Source of the DNA: Planctomycetota bacterium | Lineage (GTDB): Bacteria > Planctomycetota > SZUA-567 | Length of the DNA: 64,000 nucleotides | Direction of reading: 5' to 3' | NCBI GenBank assembly: GCA_963675945.1 | Contig: OY780932.1 | Location: 1,640,503 to 1,704,502 of the forward strand | Position numbers and translations under genes: made by a program | Notes under the pieces: generated by a model | Databases searched by the model: none | Seen by the model: only the letters and a program-made list of their open reading frames with translations | Told to the model about the DNA's origin: nothing | Shown here: piece by piece, positions 8,831 to 18,200 of the stretch | Layout of the letters: the number at the start of each line of letters is the position of its first letter | Numbering within the stretch: position 1 is the first letter of the stretch

Positions 8831-10297
8831 ATGATAACTGGGGAGCTCAGGAATAAGGTAGATGCGATTTGGGATGTGTTTTGGGCTGGGGGGATTGCTA
8901 ATCCGATGACGGTTATTGAGCAGTTTACTTATCTACTTTTTATCAAGGGGCTTGATGATAGGCAGAATGAGCTGGATAGTAATGACTCGTTGATAGGGAC
9001 TGTGAGTGAGAAGATATTTCCAGATGATAAGCAGGAGCTTCGGTGGAGTACATTTAAGCATTTGCCGGCGGAGAAGATGTTTGAGTTGTTTGTTGATCCG
9101 AAGGATGGCGTGTTTGCGTTTATCAAGAATTTGCATGCGGATAAGGATTCGGCATTTTCTAAGTATATGGGGGATGCGATATTTGCGATACCGAAGGCGG
9201 GAATGCTGGAGAAGATTGTTACTTCGATTGATAAATTGGAGATCAAGGGGAAGGATGCGAAGGGGGACTTGTATGAGTATCTGCTGTCGAAGATAGCGAC
9301 GTCGGGGCAGAATGGGCAGTTTCGGACACCGAGGCATATTATCAAGATGATGGTGGAGCTGATGAAGCCGGTGCCGACGGATACGATAATTGATCCGGCT
9401 GCGGGGACGTCGGGGTTTCTGGTGGCTGCTGGGGAGTATTTGCAGGAGCATCATGATGAGATATTCAAGAAGCAGGAGTTAAGGGAGCATTATAATAATG
9501 AAATGTTCTTTGGGTTTGATACTGATACGACGATGCTGCGTATTGGGGCGATGAATATGATGCTACATGGGGTGGAGAATCCGAATATTGAGTATCGGGA
9601 TTCGTTGTCGGGTGATAATCATGAGCGGGAGAGGTGTTCGTTGATATTGGCGAATCCGCCGTTTAAAGGGTCGCTGAATTATGAGGATGTGTCGGCGGAT
9701 ATACTCAAAGTGACGAAGACGAAGAAGACTGAGTTATTGTTTGTGGCTCTTATGATCAAGATGCTCAAGAAGGGCGGGAGGTGTGCGTGTATTGTGCCGG
9801 ATGGGGTGCTCTTTGGGAGTAGCGGGGCGCATAAGATGCTGCGGAAGGAGATTGTGGAGAAGCATAATCTGCGGGCGATTATTTCTATGCCGAGTGGCGT
9901 GTTCAAGCCGTATGCGGGAGTTAGTACGGCGGTGATAATATTTGATAAGACTGGGATTGGGGGAACATCACAGATCTGGTTTTATGATATGGAGAGTGAC
10001 GGGTATAGTCTGGATGATAAGCGGACGGCGCTCAAGAGTTCTGATATACCGGATATTATCGAGCGGTTCGGGAGGCTGGAGAAGGAGAAGAAGCGGAAGC
10101 GGACGGAGCAGTCGTTCATGGTGCCGGTGAGTGAGGTGGTGAAGAATGAGTATGACTTGTCGATCAACCGGTATAAAGAGATAGTGTATGAAGAGGTGGA
10201 ATATGATGAGCCGGCGGTGATACTGGAAAGAGTGGCGGAGATGGAGAAGGATATTGGTAAGGGGATTAAGGATTTGCAGAAGATGCTGAGCAAGTAA
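8831..10297 (+). CDS. hsdM: Type I restriction-modification system N6-adenine DNA methyltransferase subunit HsdM
   Basis: HsdM N-terminal domain followed by the catalytic LANPPF motif and AdoMet motif DPAAGTSGFL; 488 aa. Confidence 0.9.
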   Translation: MITGELRNKVDAIWDVFWAGGIANPMTVIEQFTYLLFIKGLDDRQNELDSNDSLIGTVSEKIFPDDKQELRWSTFKHLPAEKMFELFVDPKDGVFAFIKNLHADKDSAFSKYMGDAIFAIPKAGMLEKIVTSIDKLEIKGKDAKGDLYEYLLSKIATSGQNGQFRTPRHIIKMMVELMKPVPTDTIIDPAAGTSGFLVAAGEYLQEHHDEIFKKQELREHYNNEMFFGFDTDTTMLRIGAMNMMLHGVENPNIEYRDSLSGDNHERERCSLILANPPFKGSLNYEDVSADILKVTKTKKTELLFVALMIKMLKKGGRCACIVPDGVLFGSSGAHKMLRKEIVEKHNLRAIISMPSGVFKPYAGVSTAVIIFDKTGIGGTSQIWFYDMESDGYSLDDKRTALKSSDIPDIIERFGRLEKEKKRKRTEQSFMVPVSEVVKNEYDLSINRYKEIVYEEVEYDEPAVILERVAEMEKDIGKGIKDLQKMLSK

Positions 10298-10313
10298 GGT
10301 AAGGGTATATTAT

Positions 10314-10739
10314 ATGAGTACTGAGATTGACTATGGAAAATTTAAGAAGGCATTGAAGTTGCTTGAGGAGCAGAATAACCGGCTTAATTCTGAGGTTGGG
10401 AGTATGGAAGAATGGGTAATTGATGCTGTTAAGGAGTCGACTATACAGAGATTTGAGACATGTTGGGACTGCCTGTGGAAGGTATTGAAGAGGTATTTGG
10501 AGATAGAGATAGGGCTTGCTGAAGTTCCGAATGGTCCGAATCCGATTTTGAGATTGGCGAATGAGAATAGTGTCTTGACTAGTTCTATTGAGGATTGGTT
10601 GATGTATGCGAGGGTAAGAGTTGGTACGTCACATGATTATAGCGGAGTGAAGGCTACTGATGCGTTGAAGTGTATGAGTAGTTTTATTGATGATGCGGTT
10701 AAGCTTTATGAGAAGATGAGTGGAGAGAGCTGGAGATAA
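10314..10739 (+). CDS. nucleotidyltransferase substrate-binding (HEPN, HI0074-like) toxin-antitoxin component
   Basis: 141 aa helical protein of the HI0074/NTase_sub_bind type. Its stop overlaps the start of the downstream minimal nucleotidyltransferase (ATAATG). Confidence 0.6.
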   Translation: MSTEIDYGKFKKALKLLEEQNNRLNSEVGSMEEWVIDAVKESTIQRFETCWDCLWKVLKRYLEIEIGLAEVPNGPNPILRLANENSVLTSSIEDWLMYARVRVGTSHDYSGVKATDALKCMSSFIDDAVKLYEKMSGESWR

Positions 10740-11056
10740 TGATTGATCATATACGTGATATAGATTTATCTGATGAGGAGTATCGTGAGGTGATGGCGTT
10801 GGTTGAGCGTTATATTCCTTGGGTTGAGGTATGGGTTTATGGTTCACGTGTTAAGCATACGGCAAAACCATATTCTGATTTGGATATGGTAGCTTTTGCT
10901 AGTGGTGAGAGTGTTTGTGCGGTTGCGGATTTGCGAGAGGCTTTTGAGGATAGTTATTTGCCATTCAGGGTTGATTTATTTATTTGGAAAGAGATACCGG
11001 AAGAGTTTAAGGAAGTTATTCGGGATGAGCATGTAGTTTTACAGGAAAAGAAATAG
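10739..11056 (+). CDS. minimal nucleotidyltransferase (MNT, HI0073/MntA-like) toxin-antitoxin component
   Basis: GSRVKHTAKPYSDLDM is the pol-beta-type NTase motif G[SG]x9-13Dx[DE]; 105 aa, translationally coupled to the upstream HEPN gene. Confidence 0.7.
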   Translation: MIDHIRDIDLSDEEYREVMALVERYIPWVEVWVYGSRVKHTAKPYSDLDMVAFASGESVCAVADLREAFEDSYLPFRVDLFIWKEIPEEFKEVIRDEHVVLQEKK

Positions 11057-11440
11057 GATTTGCAGAAGTAACGTTAATATAGCGTGTGATTTTAACCGAA
11101 GCGGTGAATACAGAATTGAGCGATCTGGCAAGCCAAGTAAATCGCTTTAGAAATTTACATAGTAGACTGAAGCGATACACAGGTCGCCAAGCAGGTGACA
11201 TTTTTCATCTGGGATGTATGTGAATTCCGAACTGGTGAGGAATGAGTCGTGTGCTTACTTTTGTCTGCTGGTCGGACGAAAAGTCAGTCGAAGTCTTCTG
11301 AGAATAGCGAATCCGACGCAGGAGGCGGGAGGATAGATGGAGCAACTTGTTGCGACACCCGAAGGGCAAGGACAGGGATGTCCGCAGTCAAGAAGGCTGA
11401 GAGTTTAGTCGTAGTTAAACTTGAAAATAGGGTTGAGTAA

Positions 11441-12598
11441 ATGAGTGAAAAGAAAAATAAAAAGCCGATTAATGAACATAAGTGGTATTTACTAATTATT
11501 ATTGTTGCTTTGGGGCTATTTTATATATATCCACTTTATACTCTGCTTGGAATTGGGTTTTTCTCACTAATAATTCATTTGCGATATGACCTTGATGACA
11601 TAGGAAAAATTGGTAGGAAGCATCCTGTATGGACAACAATTATATTATTTACATTTGGTATTGAGTTATATTTGTGGATTTATAAATATGGGTTATTATG
11701 GAAAGAACAGTATGCTCAACAGCCTTGGATAGAGTTGCTCGCAAATATTAAAAATGGTAAAGTTGTTGTAGGAAATAGTACCTTAGACTTTACTGAGTTG
11801 TTAAAAAAAGGCGTTGTTATGATGATTAGTACACCAGCATCAATTATTCCTATCATTCTTGCTCCGTATTTTTGGGTATTGTGGATTTGGAGGCATAATG
11901 ATAAAGAGTATGATAAAAAGAGAAATGAAGAGCTTGATGAGCAGGGTCGATTTAATCGGATAATTGATATGGTTGGGTCTACTGAGGTGAATTTACGATC
12001 AGGTGGAATGATGTTACTTGATGGCTTTCTAACTAGGTATGAAGATAATGATTTGGAATATAAATATTATTGTGGTGCTGCAATTTCTGTATTAGCAAAT
12101 AATTATTTCCCTGTTAATGATGGTATGTTTAATAGCAGAGTGATGTGTCATAAATCTTTTGCTGTTTGTTTAATATTACAAAATAAGCATTATAAAATAT
12201 GTGGAAAGCTAGCAGGTACTCCGTTATGTTTTGATTTTAATGTAAATGATTATATCGTCAGGTATTATGAGCTTTGTATTGATAATAGTCAGGAATTTGT
12301 TTTTGTTCGTTGTGTTGTAAGATTAGATATATTATTGTGTTTATTACGTAATAGTGAATATGCAAAAATATTTTCAAAAATGAAATTTAAAAAATCAATT
12401 TTTGAGATGACGGATTATTATTTAAAACATAGAATTCCCGATGATTTGATAGTTTTTTTTAGTGATAAAAATAAAGTTTATGAATGTTTATTGATGTGTC
12501 CTGAAGATAATTTTGCGAATAAGGAAGCATTTAAAATTATTAATAATTCAAATGATAATTTCTATATTGGTTTTAAATATGATAAAGAAGGAAATTAA
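11441..12598 (+). CDS. hypothetical multi-TM membrane protein, very AT-rich, translationally coupled to hsdS
   Basis: 385 aa with 3-4 N-terminal TM helices and a Cys-rich soluble C-terminal part; about 30% GC against about 45% in hsdM. Its stop overlaps the hsdS start (TAATG at 12596..12600). Confidence 0.55.
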   Translation: MSEKKNKKPINEHKWYLLIIIVALGLFYIYPLYTLLGIGFFSLIIHLRYDLDDIGKIGRKHPVWTTIILFTFGIELYLWIYKYGLLWKEQYAQQPWIELLANIKNGKVVVGNSTLDFTELLKKGVVMMISTPASIIPIILAPYFWVLWIWRHNDKEYDKKRNEELDEQGRFNRIIDMVGSTEVNLRSGGMMLLDGFLTRYEDNDLEYKYYCGAAISVLANNYFPVNDGMFNSRVMCHKSFAVCLILQNKHYKICGKLAGTPLCFDFNVNDYIVRYYELCIDNSQEFVFVRCVVRLDILLCLLRNSEYAKIFSKMKFKKSIFEMTDYYLKHRIPDDLIVFFSDKNKVYECLLMCPEDNFANKEAFKIINNSNDNFYIGFKYDKEGN

Positions 12599-13731
12599 TG
12601 AATAAATGGGAACTTGTTAAGCTTGGAGATGTAGTAACATTTCTTGATAATATGAGAGTGCCTGTAAAAGCTAGTGATAGAGTTGAAGGGGAATATCCAT
12701 ATTATGGGGCAAATGGACAGCAAGGAACAATTAATGATTATATTTTTGATGAATCATTAGTTTTGTTGGCTGAAGATGGTGGTAATTTTAATGATCCTAC
12801 TCGCCCTATTGCATACATTGCAAAGGGGAAGTATTGGGTTAATAACCATGCTCATGTTTTGCGCCCTTTAGAAATGATTACATTGAAATATTTATATTGG
12901 GTTTTAGCATTTTGTAATGTTATGCCTTATATTAAAGGGGCGACACGTCCAAAACTTACTAAAACTGACGCAAGTAGAATCAAAATCCCCCTCCCACCTC
13001 TGGCAACACAGAAACGCATAGTCAAGATACTGGACAAGGGGCAGGAGTTGATTGATAAGCGGAAGCGGCAGCTTGAGGAGATGGATGAACTGGTTAAGAG
13101 TTTGTTTTATGATATGTTTGGTGATCCTGTGACTAATCCTATGGGATGGGAAAAGGGAATAATTAGAGATTTAGCCGTGAAAACTCAGTATGGTACTAGT
13201 AAAAAGGCTCATGAAACAGATGGTGAGTTTCCTGTATTAAGAATGAATAACATAACATATAAGGGTACTTGGGACTTTAGCAGTCTTAAATATGTTGATT
13301 TTGATGAGAATGAAAAAGCAAAGTATTTAGTGTATAAAGGTGAGTTGCTTTTCAATAGAACTAATAGTAAGGAGCTAGTTGGTAAAACTGCTGTTTATAA
13401 AAATACTGAACCAATGGCATATGCTGGTTATCTTGTTAAGTTGATAGTGAATGAAAAAGCAAATTCTGAGTATATCTCTGCATATTTGAATTCAAATCAT
13501 GGTAAAGCAGTTTTGCTTAATATGGCAAAAAGTATTGTCGGTATGGCTAATATTAACGCTGAAGAATTAAAGAAGATTAAAATTTTGATCCCTCCTGTTT
13601 CGCTGCAAAATGAATTTGCAACCAGAGTACAAGCAATAGAAACAGAAAAAGAACGAATGCAGAAGTCACTCAAAGAGCTTGAGGATAATTTTGCAGCGTT
13701 GATGCAGAGGGTGTTTAAAGGGGAGTTGTAG
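12598..13731 (+). CDS. hsdS: Type I restriction-modification specificity subunit HsdS
   Basis: Two target-recognition domains, a central conserved LPPLATQKRIVKILD helix, a C-terminal coiled-coil repeat, 377 aa. Confidence 0.85.
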   Translation: MNKWELVKLGDVVTFLDNMRVPVKASDRVEGEYPYYGANGQQGTINDYIFDESLVLLAEDGGNFNDPTRPIAYIAKGKYWVNNHAHVLRPLEMITLKYLYWVLAFCNVMPYIKGATRPKLTKTDASRIKIPLPPLATQKRIVKILDKGQELIDKRKRQLEEMDELVKSLFYDMFGDPVTNPMGWEKGIIRDLAVKTQYGTSKKAHETDGEFPVLRMNNITYKGTWDFSSLKYVDFDENEKAKYLVYKGELLFNRTNSKELVGKTAVYKNTEPMAYAGYLVKLIVNEKANSEYISAYLNSNHGKAVLLNMAKSIVGMANINAEELKKIKILIPPVSLQNEFATRVQAIETEKERMQKSLKELEDNFAALMQRVFKGEL

Positions 13732-13871
13732 TTAGCTGAATACGCTGGCACGAAGCTTATATCTTGATGAATTTGGTAATTTGAATGCGGTGCTGGATTG
13801 TCATGAGGATTTTAATAGTAATATGAATTTTGTGGGTGAGTAGGTATATTTGAATAATAAGGACAATATTT

Positions 13872-14183
13872 ATGATTACCATTAAGATTAATAATGAATA
13901 CCGAAGGCTGAAAGATACGAGTAAAGAGTGGATTGTAAATATGTTTAGGAATATTCAAGCAGCGGGTGCTAACCCGTGGTATATTATCACTGTTGAAGAT
14001 CAGAATGTATATTCAGCATTTTGTTCGAATAATATTCCAACTTCACAAGAGTTGTGTCCGAAGTATACCCATACACTAGAAGAAAAAGAATTATCAGTTC
14101 TTTGGAAAACCCTTTGTGATGGGAGTAGTAACGTAAATGAAGTTTTGGCTTTTCTTGATAAAATTCCAAGTAAATATTTATAG
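13872..14183 (+). CDS. hypothetical small protein (103 aa) translationally coupled to downstream TIR-domain gene
   Basis: AT-rich ORF. Its stop at 14181..14183 is followed by GGAGGTG, the RBS of the TIR gene, 3 nt later. Confidence 0.45.
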   Translation: MITIKINNEYRRLKDTSKEWIVNMFRNIQAAGANPWYIITVEDQNVYSAFCSNNIPTSQELCPKYTHTLEEKELSVLWKTLCDGSSNVNEVLAFLDKIPSKYL

Positions 14184-14186
14184 GAG

Positions 14187-15146
14187 GTGATGATGGCAGG
14201 AGTATCGGTTTTCTTCTCATATTCGCATGCAGATGAAGAAATGAGAGATCAATTAGAGAAACACCTTACAATGTTAAAACGTAATGGTAATATATCAACA
14301 TTTCATGATAGAGAAATATTAGCTGGTGCTGAATTCGGTAATGAAATAGATCAAAATTTAATTGAAGCAGGAATAATTTTGTTATTAGTTAGTCCTGATT
14401 TTTTAGCGTCAGAATATTGTTATTCGATAGAGATGCAAACAGCTTTGAAAATGCATAAAGAAAATAAAGCAGTGGTTATCCCTGTAATTTTAGATCATTG
14501 CGATTGGCGAAGTGCTCCTTTTAGCTCTTTGATGGCTGTACCAAATGATGCAAAGCCAATTACTGAGTATGCAAATCAAAATAAGGCATTTGACGAAATT
14601 ACAACAGAGATAAGAAAAGTAGTTCAAAGTATTGCTGATACGGCTGATATCGCATGTTCAACAGCTAATTTTGAAGTTGAAAATTGTGAACCAAAAGTTG
14701 TTTGTAATGATAGATCAGCTAATTTGCATGTAAAGAAAGAATTTACTGAGCTTGATTTTAATGATTTTTTGAATAACTCATATGATTATATTGCAAAATA
14801 TATGCAGAACACACTTGAAGAATTTGAAAAAAGAAATGTTGGATTTCAAACAAGATTTAATTCTAATGATTCAAAAATTGAAATTTTAATATTTAATAAT
14901 GGAGTTAAAGTTGCTTATTGTAGAATTATGAAAGGAAGAGATGTTTCTTATATGATTGATTCGTTAGTATACTCTGAATCTGAGATGGGTAATTCTTTTA
15001 ATGATTCATTAAATATTGAAAATGATGGAACTTCTTTATTTTGGAAGCCAAGTTTTAATGTTGGGTATAGCCAAAAAGAAGAATTATTGTCGATGAAAGG
15101 GGCTGCTGAGTTTTTTTGGGATAAAGTTATTAGTAGGTTTCAGTAA
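14187..15146 (+). CDS. TIR-domain protein (N-terminal TIR_2-like domain plus about 170-aa C-terminal domain of unknown function)
   Basis: VFFSYSHADEEMRDQLEKHL ... IILLLVSPDFLASEYCYSIEMQTAL ... VIPVILD matches the bacterial TIR fold (SxSH, conserved Glu, hydrophobic beta-strand motifs). Strong RBS GGAGGTG. Confidence 0.7.
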   Translation: MMMAGVSVFFSYSHADEEMRDQLEKHLTMLKRNGNISTFHDREILAGAEFGNEIDQNLIEAGIILLLVSPDFLASEYCYSIEMQTALKMHKENKAVVIPVILDHCDWRSAPFSSLMAVPNDAKPITEYANQNKAFDEITTEIRKVVQSIADTADIACSTANFEVENCEPKVVCNDRSANLHVKKEFTELDFNDFLNNSYDYIAKYMQNTLEEFEKRNVGFQTRFNSNDSKIEILIFNNGVKVAYCRIMKGRDVSYMIDSLVYSESEMGNSFNDSLNIENDGTSLFWKPSFNVGYSQKEELLSMKGAAEFFWDKVISRFQ

Positions 15147-15297
15147 TTAGAATTAATGAAGTTTTCAACAAACTGCCCAGTGCGGGCTGCGCACCGAGGG
15201 ATGCAAGGGGCGAGGAGCCCCTGCGGAAGGGGTTTGGGGAAGGAACGTCCCCATTAGGAGTGACTTTGAACTATAAGGTTGGGTAAAAGGGATAGAG

Positions 15298-18200
15298 ATG
15301 AGTAACTTTGGGTTTTTGGATAAGCATAGTATGTTCAGGACGATTACGCCGCTGTGTAAAGAGGCGGAGAGTGCGCTCGGGGTGTCTAATGCTATCGCGG
15401 CGCTGTCGGCTAGGAGAGCGCTGGAGAGTGCGGTGAAATGGATGTACTCACATGACAGTACGCTTGAAGTGCCGTATCAGGATAACCTTTCCGCACTGAT
15501 TCATGATTATAAATTCAAAGACCTGATAGATGAAAGACTGTTTCCGAGAATCAAGTTCATTATAACACTGGGGAATAAAGCAGCGCATCAGTCTATGCCG
15601 ATGCGACGGGATGAGAGTGTGAAAGCGCTGGAGAATCTGTTTCATTTTATGAGGTGGATTACGTACGCTTATGGCGGTGAGAACTGTGCGGTGAAGTTTG
15701 AGGTTGGGAAACTGGCGGGTAGTGCTGAATATGAGCGGAAGACGAAGGCGATACAGGATGAGTTCAGAGAGAAGAAGGTTGAGTGGGAAGCGGAGAAGAA
15801 GAAGCTTGAAGAGCTGCTGCTGAGTAAGGAAGAGCGGGAAGAGGTAACGCAGAAGCGAGAAGAGAATGAGCAGAAGGCTGATTTTGCGTGTGAAGATATA
15901 TCTGAGTTCAAGACGAGAAAGGTTTATATCGATCTGGCGCTGGAGATGGCTGGCTGGGAGATTGGGGCTGACTGTAGGGAAGAGGTAGAAGTAAGCGGGA
16001 TGAAGAATGCTTCGGGAGTGGGGTTTGTTGATTATGTGCTGTATGCTGCTGACGGTAAGCCGCTCGCGGTAGTCGAGGCGAAGCGGGCGGCTAAAGATCC
16101 GAAGATTGGTAAGGTGCAGGCGAAGCTGTATGCGGATTGTCTGGAAGAGGAGTATGGTGTTCGACCGCTTATCTATTATACCAATGGATTTGAATACTGG
16201 TTGTGGGAGGATGCGTTCTATCCGGAGAGAAGGGTGTCGGGGATTGCGACGCGGGACAGCCTTGACTGGTACAGGCAGAGAGTAAAGACACGGAAGGATA
16301 TTTCTGCTGTTAAAGTGAATGATGAGATATCAAACAGACCTTATCAGAAAGCTGCGATTCAGGCGGTGTGTGAGAATCTGAGTAAGGCACAGAGGAAGTC
16401 TTTACTGGTGATGGCTACGGGGGCGGGCAAGACGCGTACGGCTATATCGATCGTTGATGTGCTGACTAAGAATAACTGGATTAAGAATGTCTTATTCCTT
16501 GCTGACAGGCGTGAGCTGGTTAAACAGGCTAAGCAGAACTTTTCTAAATTACTGCCGCATCATACAATCTGTAATCTGCTGGAGAAGAAGACGGAGGATA
16601 ATTCACTCAACAGTAGGATTATATTCTCTACTTATCCGACGATAATGAATGCGATTGATGTGACAAAGAAGGATGATGGTTCGACGCTCTTTACGGTAGG
16701 GCATTTTGACTTAATTATTATTGATGAATCACACCGTTCAATTTATAAAAAATATCAGGATATCTTTGCGTACTTTGACTCGTATCTACTGGGGCTTACT
16801 GCTACGCCGAAGAGCGATATCGGGAAGAATACTTATGGGTTCTATGATATTGAGAATGGAGTGCCGACGCATGCGTATACGCTGGATGAGGCGATACGTG
16901 ATGAGTGGCTGGTGCCGTATCGGGTGGTGAATACTACGCTGAAGTTTCTCACTTCTGGGGTTAAGTATGATGAGTTGTCGGATGAGGAGCAGGAGGAGTG
17001 GGAGGATAAGATTGGTGAGGAGATTGACAGTATCAGCAGTAACGAGGTGAACAGGATACTCTTCAATGATAATACTGTGGATACGGTTATTCAGGCGTTG
17101 ATGAATGATGGGATTAAGATTGAGGGCGGGGATAAGATCGGGAAGACGATTATCTTTGCTGCCAATACGAAGCATGCGGAGTATATTCTTGGGAGATTCA
17201 ATAAATTGTATCCGCATTACGCGGGGAAATTTGCTGCGACTATTTATAACGGGGTGAATTATGTTGATTCGCTGATCGATGATTTTAAGGAGGAGGATAA
17301 ATTTCCGCAGATTGCTGTGTCGGTGGATATGCTTGATACGGGGATTGATGTGCCGTCGATTGTCAATCTGGTCTTCTTTAAGAAGGTGCGCTCTAAAGCG
17401 AAGTTTCATCAGATGATTGGGCGTGGGACTAGGCTTTGTGAGGATCTCTTCGGTATTGGGGAGGATAAAGATGGATTTCGTATTTTTGATTATTGTTCGA
17501 ATTTTGAATTCTTCAAGGAAAATACGCAGGGGATTGAGACGAGACCGCAGAGGTCGCTCTCTGAGTGTCTGTTTATTATAAAGACTGAGATTGCGAAATT
17601 GCTTGAACATGCAACCTATCAGGAGAAGGAGTATATTAATCACCGTAAAGAGTTGGTGACTGGGTTGGCGAAAGAGGTGTATATGCTGGATGACTCTAGT
17701 CTTATCAATAGACTTCATTTAAAGTATATTCATGAATATCGTGATGTGAATGCATGGCAGAGTATATCTGACAAGATGCTGGCTGATATTAAAGAGCATA
17801 TTGCGCAGATTGTGATTCCGTCTACAGAGGATGAGTTGAAGAAACGGTTTGATTACTTGATGTATGCGATTGAGCATGCGTGTCTTGACCGGAAACAGCC
17901 TGCGCCGAAGAATAGGCGGAAGTTACAAACAACGGCTGAGAAGCTTGAGGAGAAGGGTAATTTGCCACAGGTGCAGCGTAACCTTGAGATTATAGAGTAT
18001 GTACAGTCTGAGGAGTATTGGGAGAATGCGTCTGTGTTTGATCATGAGCGGGTGCGTATTGCGCTGCGTGAGCTTGTGGTTCTCCTTGAGAGAGAAAACG
18101 CTGCAACGTACTTCACCAACTTTATGGATGAAGTGCTTGAGGTGCAGGAGATTGAGGGAGTGTACACTACGGATGAGTTTGTGAGCTACCGCAGGAAGGT

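Noticed and set aside
11249-11440. 63-aa ORF in the spacer upstream of the TM-protein gene
   Set aside because: No RBS and an odd composition (Gly/Arg/Ser-rich). The region is more likely structured RNA or a recombination seam, and it is reported as such instead.
16786-17718. 310-aa minus-strand ORF inside hsdR
   Set aside because: It is antisense to a well-supported helicase/nuclease gene and has a low-complexity R/I/L-rich composition typical of shadow ORFs.
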